This document shows positions 1-10,100 of a DNA stretch of 64,000 nt, one piece after another. This stretch comes from an uncultured Gammaproteobacteria bacterium. GTDB taxonomy: Bacteria > Patescibacteriota > Patescibacteriia > Magasanikbacterales > GWA2-37-8. A program made the translations under genes and the position numbers. The notes under the pieces were generated by a model that saw only the letters and a program-made list of their open reading frames with translations, was not told the DNA's origin and made no database searches. Location of the stretch: the NCBI GenBank assembly GCA_964407865.1, contig CAYOXC010000001.1, positions 1,103-65,102 of the forward strand, read 5' to 3'. How positions within the stretch are numbered: the first letter of the stretch is position 1; every line of letters starts with the position of its first letter.

Positions 1-262
1 AATCGTTATTTATAACGGCGAACATCCGGAAGGAATATTAATGGATGAAATATATTTGCCAGAGGAGATGCGCACTGAAGGGGAAAGAACTATTAAAATA
101 GGCGATACTGAGTATTATGTCATGGGCGACAATCGCCAAAATTCCTTTGATTCAAGACGTTTTGGGCCAATCGATAGATCGCTTATAGTGGGAAGAGCCT
201 GGCTTCGTGGATGGCCTATTTCGCGCGCTGAAGTTTTTGACGCGCCAGCTTTTAATTTGTAA
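1..262 (+). CDS. lepB: Signal peptidase I, C-terminal fragment; the 5' end lies upstream of the window
   Basis: The frame is open from position 2 to the stop at 262. The peptide ends ...YVMGDNRQNSFDSRRFGPIDRSLIVGRAW, which matches the conserved GDNRxNSxDSR box of type I signal peptidases. Confidence 0.75.
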   Translation, partial: IVIYNGEHPEGILMDEIYLPEEMRTEGERTIKIGDTEYYVMGDNRQNSFDSRRFGPIDRSLIVGRAWLRGWPISRAEVFDAPAFNL

Positions 263-279
263 AAATATATTGTTTATTT

Positions 280-1701
280 ATGGCTACAAAAAAACCCAAA
301 GAAAAAAAGAAAGTTTTTAAAAAAACCAAGCAGGTAAAATCAAAGAAAAAAGACGAATCAAAAGAATCCACGGAAAAATCAAAAAAAACTTATTCGGTTA
401 TCCGTGGCATGCATGATATTTTGCCTCGTGAAGAAAAATACTGGAAAACCCTTTTTCATAATGCTGAAAATTTAGCAGAGCATTACCAGTTTGGCCGTAT
501 TGAAACACCAATAATGGAAGAGGTGCCACTATTTATTCGCTCGTTAGGCAAGGGTACGGAAGTGGTGGATAAGGAGATGTATGTGTTTGATTTGTCAGAT
601 GGTAAAGTTTGCCTCAGGCCGGAGGGAACGGCGCCGGTTGTTAGAGCTTTCATCAATGCTGGAATGTGGAATTATCCTCAGCCAGTTAAAGTTTGGTATT
701 TTGAACCGATGTTCAGGCACGATAGGCCCCAGGCTGGCCGCTACCGACAGTTTAGCCAGGTCGGTTATGAAATCATTGGCACCATGGACCCTGCTTCTGA
801 CGCTGAATTGATCCTTATTTCTTATAATTTTTTTAAGGACATTGGTTTCCCGGTTGAGGTTAGAATAAATTCGATTGGTATGCCAGAAGAGCGGGAGCGT
901 TACAAAGCAGAATTATCAAATTATTATCGCAGTAAAAAAAGTTATCTTTGTGATGATTGCCGGAAGCGTTTGTTAAAAAATCCGCTTCGTCTTTTAGACT
1001 GCAAAGAAAATCAGTGTCAGCCGATAAAAGATGAGGCGCCGCAGATTGTTGATTGGCTTTCAGATTCATCTAAAAATCATTTTATGAAAGTGCTTGAATA
1101 TCTCGATGAGCTTCAAGTGCCCTATATTTTACAGCCGACCTTAGTTCGTGGTTTGGATTATTATACCCATACTGTTTTTGAAATTTTTCCTTCGCTTGAA
1201 GAAGGTGGCGGAGAATCTGAAGCATCACGCTCGTCTTCTAATCAGAATGCGCAGAGCGCTTTGGGTGGCGGTGGTAGATACGATTTGTTGATTGAAGAGT
1301 TTAGCGGCAAGCCAACACCGGCAGCCGGTATGGCTATTGGAGTGGATAGGACCGTGTCAGTATTAAAGCATTATGCTGACAAGATGCCTCTTAATATCCA
1401 AAAACCGCAGTATGATATTTTCTTTGCTCAGCTAGGCGACAGAGCCAAAGGCAGGGGCTTGAAAATGATAGAGGATTTGCGAAATAGCGGTATAAAAATT
1501 AGCTTCAATTTATATAAAAATTCCCTAAAAACCCAATTGGAACTGGCAAATGATATCAAAGTTCCATATGCCCTTATTTTAGGTCAAAAAGAGGTTCAAG
1601 AGGGCACGGTTATTATTCGGGATATGGAGTCGGGCATTCAGGAAATAGTCGATCAGAAAAAGGTGGAAAATATCCTCAAGAGAAAGTTAAAAAAGATTTG
1701 A
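280..1701 (+). CDS. hisS: Histidyl-tRNA synthetase (class II) with a ~40-aa Lys-rich N-terminal extension
   Basis: SVIRGMHDILP aligns to the conserved IRGMxDxLP N-terminus. The motif-2 region LRPEGTAPVVRAF is present, and a GGGRYD motif 3. No in-frame start exists between M1 and the conserved block, so the K-rich leader belongs to the protein. Confidence 0.9.
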   Translation: MATKKPKEKKKVFKKTKQVKSKKKDESKESTEKSKKTYSVIRGMHDILPREEKYWKTLFHNAENLAEHYQFGRIETPIMEEVPLFIRSLGKGTEVVDKEMYVFDLSDGKVCLRPEGTAPVVRAFINAGMWNYPQPVKVWYFEPMFRHDRPQAGRYRQFSQVGYEIIGTMDPASDAELILISYNFFKDIGFPVEVRINSIGMPEERERYKAELSNYYRSKKSYLCDDCRKRLLKNPLRLLDCKENQCQPIKDEAPQIVDWLSDSSKNHFMKVLEYLDELQVPYILQPTLVRGLDYYTHTVFEIFPSLEEGGGESEASRSSSNQNAQSALGGGGRYDLLIEEFSGKPTPAAGMAIGVDRTVSVLKHYADKMPLNIQKPQYDIFFAQLGDRAKGRGLKMIEDLRNSGIKISFNLYKNSLKTQLELANDIKVPYALILGQKEVQEGTVIIRDMESGIQEIVDQKKVENILKRKLKKI

Positions 1702-1727
1702 CGATTCTTTAAAATAGCCCTATAATA
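1699..1727 (+). promoter_or_regulatory. Sigma-70-like promoter upstream of rpsU
   Basis: TTGACG, then a 17-nt spacer, then TATAAT, ending about 40 nt before the GTG start. The -35 element overlaps the hisS stop. Confidence 0.45.
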
Positions 1728-1767
1728 ATAATGTTAATTAATCCTTAAGTAACGGAGGTGACTTTTT

Positions 1768-2010
1768 GTGTCAGAGATAAAACGAAAGAAGAACGAATCG
1801 TTCGAAGCCTTTATACGCCGCGTTAAAAAGCGCTGGCAACAGTCAGGCAAGATTCTACAGGTAAAGAAAATCCAGTTTCACGAGCCAGATCGCAGCCGCA
1901 ATATGCGTCGAAAAAGCGCGCTGCATCGCTTGGAAAAAGCTGGAAAAATTGAGTATCTTAAGAAAATTGGACGTCTGCCCGAAGAAAAAATGTCCAAACG
2001 ACGTAGATAA
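1768..2010 (+). CDS. rpsU: 30S ribosomal protein S21
   Basis: GTG start with a GGAGGTG ribosome-binding site 6 nt upstream. The 80-aa basic protein ...EAFIRRVKKRWQQSGKILQVKKIQFHEPDRSRNMRRKSALHRLEK is typical of S21. Confidence 0.85.
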   Translation: MSEIKRKKNESFEAFIRRVKKRWQQSGKILQVKKIQFHEPDRSRNMRRKSALHRLEKAGKIEYLKKIGRLPEEKMSKRRR

Positions 2011-2024
2011 ATCGGGCAAGGAGA

Positions 2025-4169
2025 TTGTATTCTTGTCCATTGTTACCCATGCTTCAATGGATGTCTAAAATAGGTGATCGGTTAAAAAGAACCGCCACAA
2101 CCGGAGGGTTTATTTTTGTGGCGGTTTTTTGTTTATTTGGATGTTTTTTACAGGGAGATTCAGCTGGTGCACAGGGCGTAAGCCAAGCAGATCCGAACAG
2201 TGAGTTGATGCAGGGAGTTCAGGTTATTGAAGAACCTCTTGGCCTACCTTCTACTGATATTCGGCTGATTATTGCTCGTGTTATTAGGGCGGCACTAGCC
2301 TTCATGGGCATAGTTGTTCTTGTAATTATATTATACGCCGGATTTTTATGGATGACTGCCGGAGGAAACGAAGAGCAAATTGAACGAGCAAAAAAGACTT
2401 TACGCAATGCTGTTATAGGACTGCTGATTATATTATCAGCTTATGCCATAGTTGCCTTTGTCATGCGCATGCTTGGTGTTGGTATGGGCGCCGGTGGTAT
2501 GGGAGGAGTCGGTCCGCCAGGCGTGAATAATTTTAGAGGTAGCGGAGCTTTAGGCCGGGTGATCAAGGATCATTATCCTCAGCGCAACCAAGTTAATGTT
2601 CCGCGCAATACTAAAATAGTTATAACTTTTTTCCGGCCAATTAGACTGCAGGAAATCGCCGTTGACACCAGTAATGATGGAATTCTAGGCAACTGCAAGC
2701 CAACGGTAAATAATTGGGAAACCGACTGCGATAGTTTGAATATGAGCAATAACCTGATAAATATTTCTCGGGTTGTTCCGGCTACGACCACCACTGGTAC
2801 AGCCACGCTTGAACCGATTAGTGGAGCAGCTATCCTGGCTCAACAAACCGCTCCGAACCCAACAGACCCGATTGGTATTTATACTATTGTAATAAGACCG
2901 CATGAATATTTAGGTTCAGAAACAGAAGACGTTCCATATCTTGTTCGTATCGGCAATGATGTTCTACGCGATGATGCAGATCTTGGCAATCCAGGGATTT
3001 TTGATGGGTTGAGCGGCTCAAAATATTATGAGTGGACTTTTACCTGCAGTACTGAACTGGATTTAACTCCGCCTCATGTGATTTATGTTTATCCCGAGCA
3101 GGATGTTATTGAATATAAAAACACAGTTATTCAGATCGGTTTTAACGAGCCAATGGATCCGATAGGTATCCAGGGATTTTTTACCAGTTCCAGCTTTGAT
3201 TATTATTATCTTCAAAACGGATTTATTTACGCAAAAAATACTTCAAGCACCATTCCGGTGGGTGTGATGAATTTAGTAAATAATTATCAGACTTTAGAAT
3301 TTACCCCTTCAATTCCTTGTGGTAAAAATGCCTGTGGCGGGACGATTTATTGCCTGCCGGTTTGCGATGAAGTCGGCGCAACCTGCGACCAGGCAAGATA
3401 TGACATGCTCCTAAAAGCCGCTATCACCATTGGCGAATCAACTTTTGAATCTCAACCCTTTACCGGTGTGGCAGATATTTGCGGCAACGCTCTTGATGGC
3501 GACGATGATGGAGTTATTGAAACCGCGCCGTTAATTTCAGATGAGTTTGATGAAGGTAAAATGCCAAACAATTATTGGTGGAATTTTTATATTAAAAATG
3601 AAATGGACTTAATTCCGCCGATTGTTTCGCAAGTTATTCCCGGCCCGGAAGCGCCGTTTGTAGATTCAGGGGAGGATTGGAGTATGTGGTTTGATAAGCG
3701 GATGCGCATTGAGCCAATGTATGCCATAAATATTCAGGAGTCGCCAACGCCCGAAGAGCGCTGCACCTGCTATACCCGCACTCCACCACCAGCCAACGCT
3801 TGCGTTGCTCTGCCTGCTGAGCAGTGTGTTTTAGATTTGATTTGGAAAGTGCCGTTTATTACTTTTTCAACTACTACTCCAAAAACCAAGACAAATGAAA
3901 ATCATGGTCCGTTTTTAGACGGTTTGCCACAGGGTTATATACCGAACATTGACTCAGGAGTGGAAGATACACATTTTAACTGTCTGTATCCCGGACAAGG
4001 ACCGCTAAGCGCTGAACCGTATGTCGCGGATAAGCTTTCGGGTTTTTGCGACAAAAATCCAGATAATTGCTGTATTAAAGATAATGTTCAAGTGCTTTGC
4101 TGTAATGGCGAACCGGCTTTAAACAATGCTCAAGATTGCATAGATACTTTACTTACGCCTCTTGAATAA
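2025..4169 (+). CDS. Cys-rich extracellular protein anchored by a VirB2/TrbC-like two-helix membrane module; paralogous N-terminus to the next gene
   Basis: N-terminal hydrophobic segment, then the conserved block LPSTDIRLIIARVIRAALAFMGIVVLVIILYAGFLWMTAGGNEEQIERAKKTLRNAVIGLLIILSAYAIVAFV, then a Gly/Met-rich linker and about 550 aa rich in Cys, Asp and Gly. The listed TTG start sits 1 nt after an AAGGAG, so the true start may be the ATG at 2049 or 2061. Confidence 0.7.
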   Translation: MYSCPLLPMLQWMSKIGDRLKRTATTGGFIFVAVFCLFGCFLQGDSAGAQGVSQADPNSELMQGVQVIEEPLGLPSTDIRLIIARVIRAALAFMGIVVLVIILYAGFLWMTAGGNEEQIERAKKTLRNAVIGLLIILSAYAIVAFVMRMLGVGMGAGGMGGVGPPGVNNFRGSGALGRVIKDHYPQRNQVNVPRNTKIVITFFRPIRLQEIAVDTSNDGILGNCKPTVNNWETDCDSLNMSNNLINISRVVPATTTTGTATLEPISGAAILAQQTAPNPTDPIGIYTIVIRPHEYLGSETEDVPYLVRIGNDVLRDDADLGNPGIFDGLSGSKYYEWTFTCSTELDLTPPHVIYVYPEQDVIEYKNTVIQIGFNEPMDPIGIQGFFTSSSFDYYYLQNGFIYAKNTSSTIPVGVMNLVNNYQTLEFTPSIPCGKNACGGTIYCLPVCDEVGATCDQARYDMLLKAAITIGESTFESQPFTGVADICGNALDGDDDGVIETAPLISDEFDEGKMPNNYWWNFYIKNEMDLIPPIVSQVIPGPEAPFVDSGEDWSMWFDKRMRIEPMYAINIQESPTPEERCTCYTRTPPPANACVALPAEQCVLDLIWKVPFITFSTTTPKTKTNENHGPFLDGLPQGYIPNIDSGVEDTHFNCLYPGQGPLSAEPYVADKLSGFCDKNPDNCCIKDNVQVLCCNGEPALNNAQDCIDTLLTPLE

Positions 4170-4175
4170 TTTTTC

Positions 4176-7100
4176 ATGCCAAAGACCACGCGTAAAATCC
4201 TATTATCTCTCATTTTTCTTGCCACTATCGCGGGTGGTTTGTTTTTTTCGCTTCACGTTCTTGCTCAGGAACCCCAGGGAACCATCACAGTTGATGATTT
4301 GGGTTTAGAGCCGGTAAGAGAAGGTATCGGATTGCCTGATACAGATATTCGATTAATTGCCGCTAGAATTATTCGTATCGCGCTAGGATTCCTTGGTGTA
4401 ATTGCCTTGGTTTTGATACTTTACGGCGGTTTTGTTTGGATGACGGCTGGAGGCAATGAGGAAAATATACAAAAGGCAAAAAAGATTTTATTAAACGCCA
4501 CCATAGGTCTGGCTATTATTCTTTCTGCTTACGCCATAGTTAGTTTTGTGATCAATGCTTTAGTCGGGGCGACAACCGGCGGAGGCGGCGGAGGCGGCGG
4601 AGGGGGCGGACCAGGAGCTTTTTCAAATGTTTTTTATATCACTAGCATGCCGGGCGATGATCTAGGTTGTGGCATTAGAAACATCCATCCGGTTATTGTT
4701 TTTAATAAGCCGGTTAATTTAGAGACAGTTACAAATAATTTGATTATTCGTAAAATATCCGACGGCAGTCCGGCCAATGGCGAATGGCATTTTGCCATGC
4801 CGACGGCGCAAAACAGAATTGTTTTTGATCCGATAGGAGACTGCGGTATTGATCCGCCGCAAAATGATTGTTTGGAGGCTAGTACAACTTATCAGATATA
4901 TTTTGCCAATGCTTCAAACATATTAAGCCAGGATGAACTGTCTTTAAATTGCAATGTTGGTAATTATAAAAAGCAGTGCAGTAATAATCCTTCGGTTGAA
5001 TTTACCACCGGTTCTGATGTTGACACCGAACCGCCGACAATAAACATAATCAATCCTTTTGAAGGTCAGAGTTTTCCTGAGGGGGCGGTAGTGCCGGTTG
5101 AAATGGAATATACTGATAATTTTGGACTACAAAATGTCGGTTTGTTTGTTGGTGGCGACGAGGTTAGCACTATTAACATAACCGGTTGTCAGACATCTGG
5201 CTCAGTTACATTAAATTGGCCTTCCGGAACTTCGCCTACTGGCACTTATGCTTTGTCCGGGGTAGCCACAGACAATGCTAATTTTACCGCTTCAACAACT
5301 CGTAATATTCAGCTATTACCGGCTCATTGTTATGACGATGAGCTTAATTTTGGCGAGACCCAGATTGGTCCGCCGGCCTGCGGCGACGGCTGTGGCAGTT
5401 GCGCTGGTGAATCGTGTACACAAAATAGTGACTGCGCCAGTGGTTGGTGCGAAAATGGCATTTGTATTGACCGGATGAAAATTACAGATTTTTCGCCTGA
5501 TAATGGCGCAGCTAGTACCACTTATGTATCTATAGATGGTCAATATTTTGGAGATGACGGCGGTCATGTTTATTTTAGAAAAGCGGGGACTGGTGATGAT
5601 ATTTGGACAGAAGCCTATGTGGTAAATTGCGGTGCCGGTATAGACAATTGGACACAGAGCCAGCTTGTTGTAAAAGTTCCATCCAATGCCATAACCGGCC
5701 CGATTAAAGTTGTGACCGCTTCCACTACCGGCCCAGATGATGTTGAACGTGTATTTGTTGATGTGACTGACAATGACGGCTGGGGTATCAACAAATCATT
5801 TACAGTTAACAACTCGCTCAGACCGGGTCTTTGTGCTCTACAACCAAATTATGGCCCGCCATATTCTGATACAGTTCTTTTAGGCGAGAATTTTGGTTCT
5901 ACTCAAAATAATCCAAATTTAGATAAAGTATTTTTTAGCTCTTCCACTGCTTTGATTCGTCCAGGCACTTGGGCAAACAACACGGTTATGGTCAGGGTGC
6001 CGGCGCTTGGTACCGGAGCGGTGCCGGTAAAAATTACCAATGAAGGAGTTGACAGCAACAGTGTCAGATTTTACGTAAGAGAACTGCTTGACGCCGATGT
6101 TCCGATAATTGAAAGCATTAATCCCGAATCCGGGGCTAGAGGTGAATATATCACAGTAACCGGTAAGAATTTCGGTTCACTGCTTGGTAAAGTTTTGTTT
6201 AAGTTAAATGGAACAGGGGAAGCGGTTTATGGTGATTTTAATTTTCCTGAAGAATGTGAAGGCGCGGTTTGGAGTGATAAACAAATTATTGTAAAATTTC
6301 CGACTGAAGATGTTTCTGTCGGAAATGATTATTCAGTGCAAATACAGCGATCAGACAGTGTTATCGGTCCAATTGGTGCAGAGTTTGCCCTGCAATCAGG
6401 TGATCCCGCTCCGGGCATGTGTAAAATTGATCCACCGGAAGGTCCGGTGCCTTTTGGTTCTAGCGCGGTAATGAATATTTTTGGTGAATACTATTTGCGC
6501 GGAGGAAATCCATCACGCCCTTATTTTTGGGAGACTGGGGCTTCAGCTACTACCACTGCCGGCCGCGCAGCAACCCCAGATGGAAATATAGTCGGTTTGA
6601 ACGACACTTGGGCGCAGCTTCGACCGCCAACTACCACAGAAACCGGGCCGGTAGTGATGTATAGGGCATTTGACGGTAAGATGGGCAATAGTTTGCCTTT
6701 TACTGTGTTTAATTGTATTGAAAACGACAATACTTGTTCTGACCCGGCTTATAAATGCTGTACCGGAGGCGGAGATGCTGGAATCTGCAAACCAGAAGAT
6801 GATTTGTGCGACGGTGAAACCCGTTCTACTAACTATATTTGGCGGTTTAACACCGGCCCTTTTCCGCCGACTGCTTATGTAGTTGAGCGCTGCGATAGCG
6901 AAACTGATGCCGGGCATAATTTACCCTCGCCTTCACCTAGTATCCGCTGGACTTCCGGGGGTAATTTTGACCATTTAAATGTTTGCCGTACTGCATTGGT
7001 TAATATAGAATTTTCCATGAGAATGCAGCAGAGTACGGTCAATGCCAGTAATGTTGAAATTTACAAATGCAATTCATCATCAGTGGCACTTGATGTTACT

Positions 7101-10100
7101 TATCAAACAAATAGTTGTGATCATTTAGCTGGCCCACTTTTACTATCCTCAGACAGTTATACATTAAATATTGCATCTGGAGATGAGTTTTCTACTCATG
7201 ATTATATACAAGCCAGCCTTTTAAGCGGTAGTTGGGATGATGATTCGTATTATCAGGTTGTGTTGAAACCGGGCATTAAGTCCGAGCCGACCACTTATGA
7301 GTTTGGTGGGGAGATTAGATATCTGGACGCTCAAAATCTTAAGCCAACCCGGCCCTGTGGAGATGGGACGGCTTATTGTTTTATTTTTAAAACAGATGCT
7401 AGGGCTTGCCGATTGAGTAAAGTAATTGTCACCCCGTTTGAATATTGGACCTCTGTTTTGGAAGAACCGATGAAATATCGTTCAATTAAATCCAATGGAG
7501 ATGATCCGGGCACAACCTTGTATTACCGCGGTTCAGGTTTAAGCGACCAGCACTGTATTATGATGAACATGAGCGATTATGATTGGTCTTGGTCAACTTA
7601 TCCCACGGCTCCGACAATGTACGCGGATATTTATGGCGTACCAACCGGCACGAATGGAAACATGACAGAAGTTTCCGCTTTGGCCAACACAGTCGCGGTT
7701 GGCTTGGAAGACGATTCAACACTGGTTCGAGCGCAGGCGAGCAAAGACGGCGTACATCCGGCAAATACCATCAGTGGCCTGGTGGCTTGGTGGCAGTTTG
7801 ATGAAACCAGCGGTACAAATGCTGCCGATAGCAGTGGTATGGGAAATGACGGACAGGGTAAGGGTGCTTTAAGTAACATCAGTTTTGTGCCTGGAAAGTT
7901 AGGCAATGCCTTAAATTTAAACAACAATGCTTGGCTAGAGACTTCATATAATAATTTTTCAGCAGGCTATGAACCGCGTTCGGTGTGCGCTTGGGGTAGA
8001 CCTTCAGGTATTTATACCGGATGGCATTGGATTTATTCTTATGGTAGTCCTTCGGCCGGCAGAGCGATGTTTATTGGATCTAATTTTAGAAGTCTTTATG
8101 GCGGTGGGTTTGGCTCATCAGATATTTATTATACGTATTTTTGGGTAACGCCTGGAGTTTGGAAGCATACTTGTTTAGTATTTACCGGAACACGAGGCAG
8201 GCTTTACGCCGACGGTGTTTTAGTCAGAGATTATAATCGTTATCCAGATTGGAATTTAACATATTCAAAATCATACATTGGCACACAGGTATTTCCGTCG
8301 CCTTCAGGCGAGTTTTGGCGCGGGTCAATAGATGATCTTAGAGTTTACAACAAAGCGCTTTCTCTTGATGAGGTGCAGGCAATTTATGATTATGGAATTA
8401 GCGGTACGCCTTCTTCCGGCGAATCAGTTATGGGCGAGAGTCCGTTAACTATTGATTTATCCAATCCAAAAGTAGTTGATTACTGGCCAAATTGTCTTGA
8501 AGCTTGTACCAACGCCGAAATCGGAGCGAAGTTTAATGTAATCATGGCCAATAAAAATTTTACTAACGCGATCAAGCTCGAGAAGTGTTTGGACGAGAAC
8601 TGCGCCGTAAGGGTGTCTGTTAGCGGGTTGCTCAAAGTATTAAACCCGGGCGACAGAAGAATAATTCAAATTTCCTTCGTCAATCCTTTAATTGAATTGC
8701 AACCAGACGCGATTTATCAGGTGACGCTTTCAAAAACCGGCACAACAAGCATTGACTGGTTATACCAGCTTTGGTCTGGCGCTAGTTTGGATAATGAAGC
8801 TGCATTTTCCAAACCAATGCAGGAAGAGTTTGTTTGGCGGTTTAAAACTAAAAAAGAAAAATGCACACTTGATCGAGTGGATGTTATTCCTTCAGTATTT
8901 ACCACAGTTTATGTAAACGATCGCAGTGTATATTCAGCCGAAGCGAGAAGCGCTCCGGATGCTTGCGATCCTAATGGCCAGCGCCTTAATCCTTGGGGCA
9001 TTGATTGGGATTGGCAGTCGTCTTCAACTAGCATTGCCACAGTAATGGAATTTGAAACCAAAGGTCACAGTCCGTTTTGCGAATCAAATTGTGTAAAAAA
9101 AGGTTCTGACATTGCATATGGCGAAGCGCTTTTGCCACTTTGCGGAAATAATATTGTAGAAGCTGGTGAGGATTGTGATCCATCGCAAAAAGTTGGAGAC
9201 ATCGTCACTTGCGGATTAAATTGTTTAAGACCTGGAAATGCTTCCACAACCTGCGGTAATGGGACAGTTGACCCGCTTTTTGGAGAAGAGTGCGATACAA
9301 ATGACCCGGCGACTAAAACAGGGTGTGCATCCAATTGTACTCATTTAGGATCAAATCAGGCCACTGGGGCCGAAGATGTCGGCGCTTCTATTTGCGGTAA
9401 TGGCACGATTGGTTTTGGCGAGGAGTGCGATTTGGGTGTAGCAGCAAATTATTTATCTCCCACGTCGTCGCTTAATTGTTCTGAAAATTGTCTGCATACA
9501 GGTACGCAACTTTCGGCTGTTTGGTGCGCTACTCATGCAACTGATTTTGGCGGTTTTTCAGGTGAAGAATATATTGCTACTTGCGCTAATTCAGTTAGCC
9601 AGTGCGGTGACGGTATATCCAGTCTTGATGAAGACGCTGTTTGCGAACCAGCACCAGGTGTTTTGAATTTGAATTGTACGGAAAATTGTTTAGCTAATTC
9701 TTTGGCAGTACAAAAATGCAATCCGACATCTACTGTTATGATTGGTCCTAGTCAGTGGAAGGTTGTAAAAACAGAAGGCTGTAGTTTAACCGGCCAGTAT
9801 GAAGGCTCGTCGCTTTTGTATACGGATCCATCATTGTGCGGTGATTTTGATGTTGGTACTGGCGAAGATCCAGCTTGTGAAACAGGTTTTGTAATATCTC
9901 ATACTTTTATCGACCCCTGGACTTTGGCAAGCGGAGTTGGTTTGGGTGCTCCTGCCAACGCAAGTTCGCCAATGCAAATAGCCGATATTACTGGTACAGG
10001 CATACAAACAATAGATACTACTGAATACATAAAGTCTGACAAGGGTCAGTTTATAATTCTTTGCGGTTATCAGACTGATGCTGAATGCGAGAGTGTTGCC

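Noticed and set aside
581-1069. Small ORFs 581-811 (+) and 860-1069 (-) nested in hisS
   Set aside because: They overlap a well-supported conserved gene in other frames, and their protein sequences are low-complexity. They are shadow ORFs.
4578-4610. GGN repeat considered as a possible CRISPR or tandem-repeat array
   Set aside because: It is a simple in-frame trinucleotide run encoding poly-Gly. No repeat-spacer structure exists anywhere in the window.
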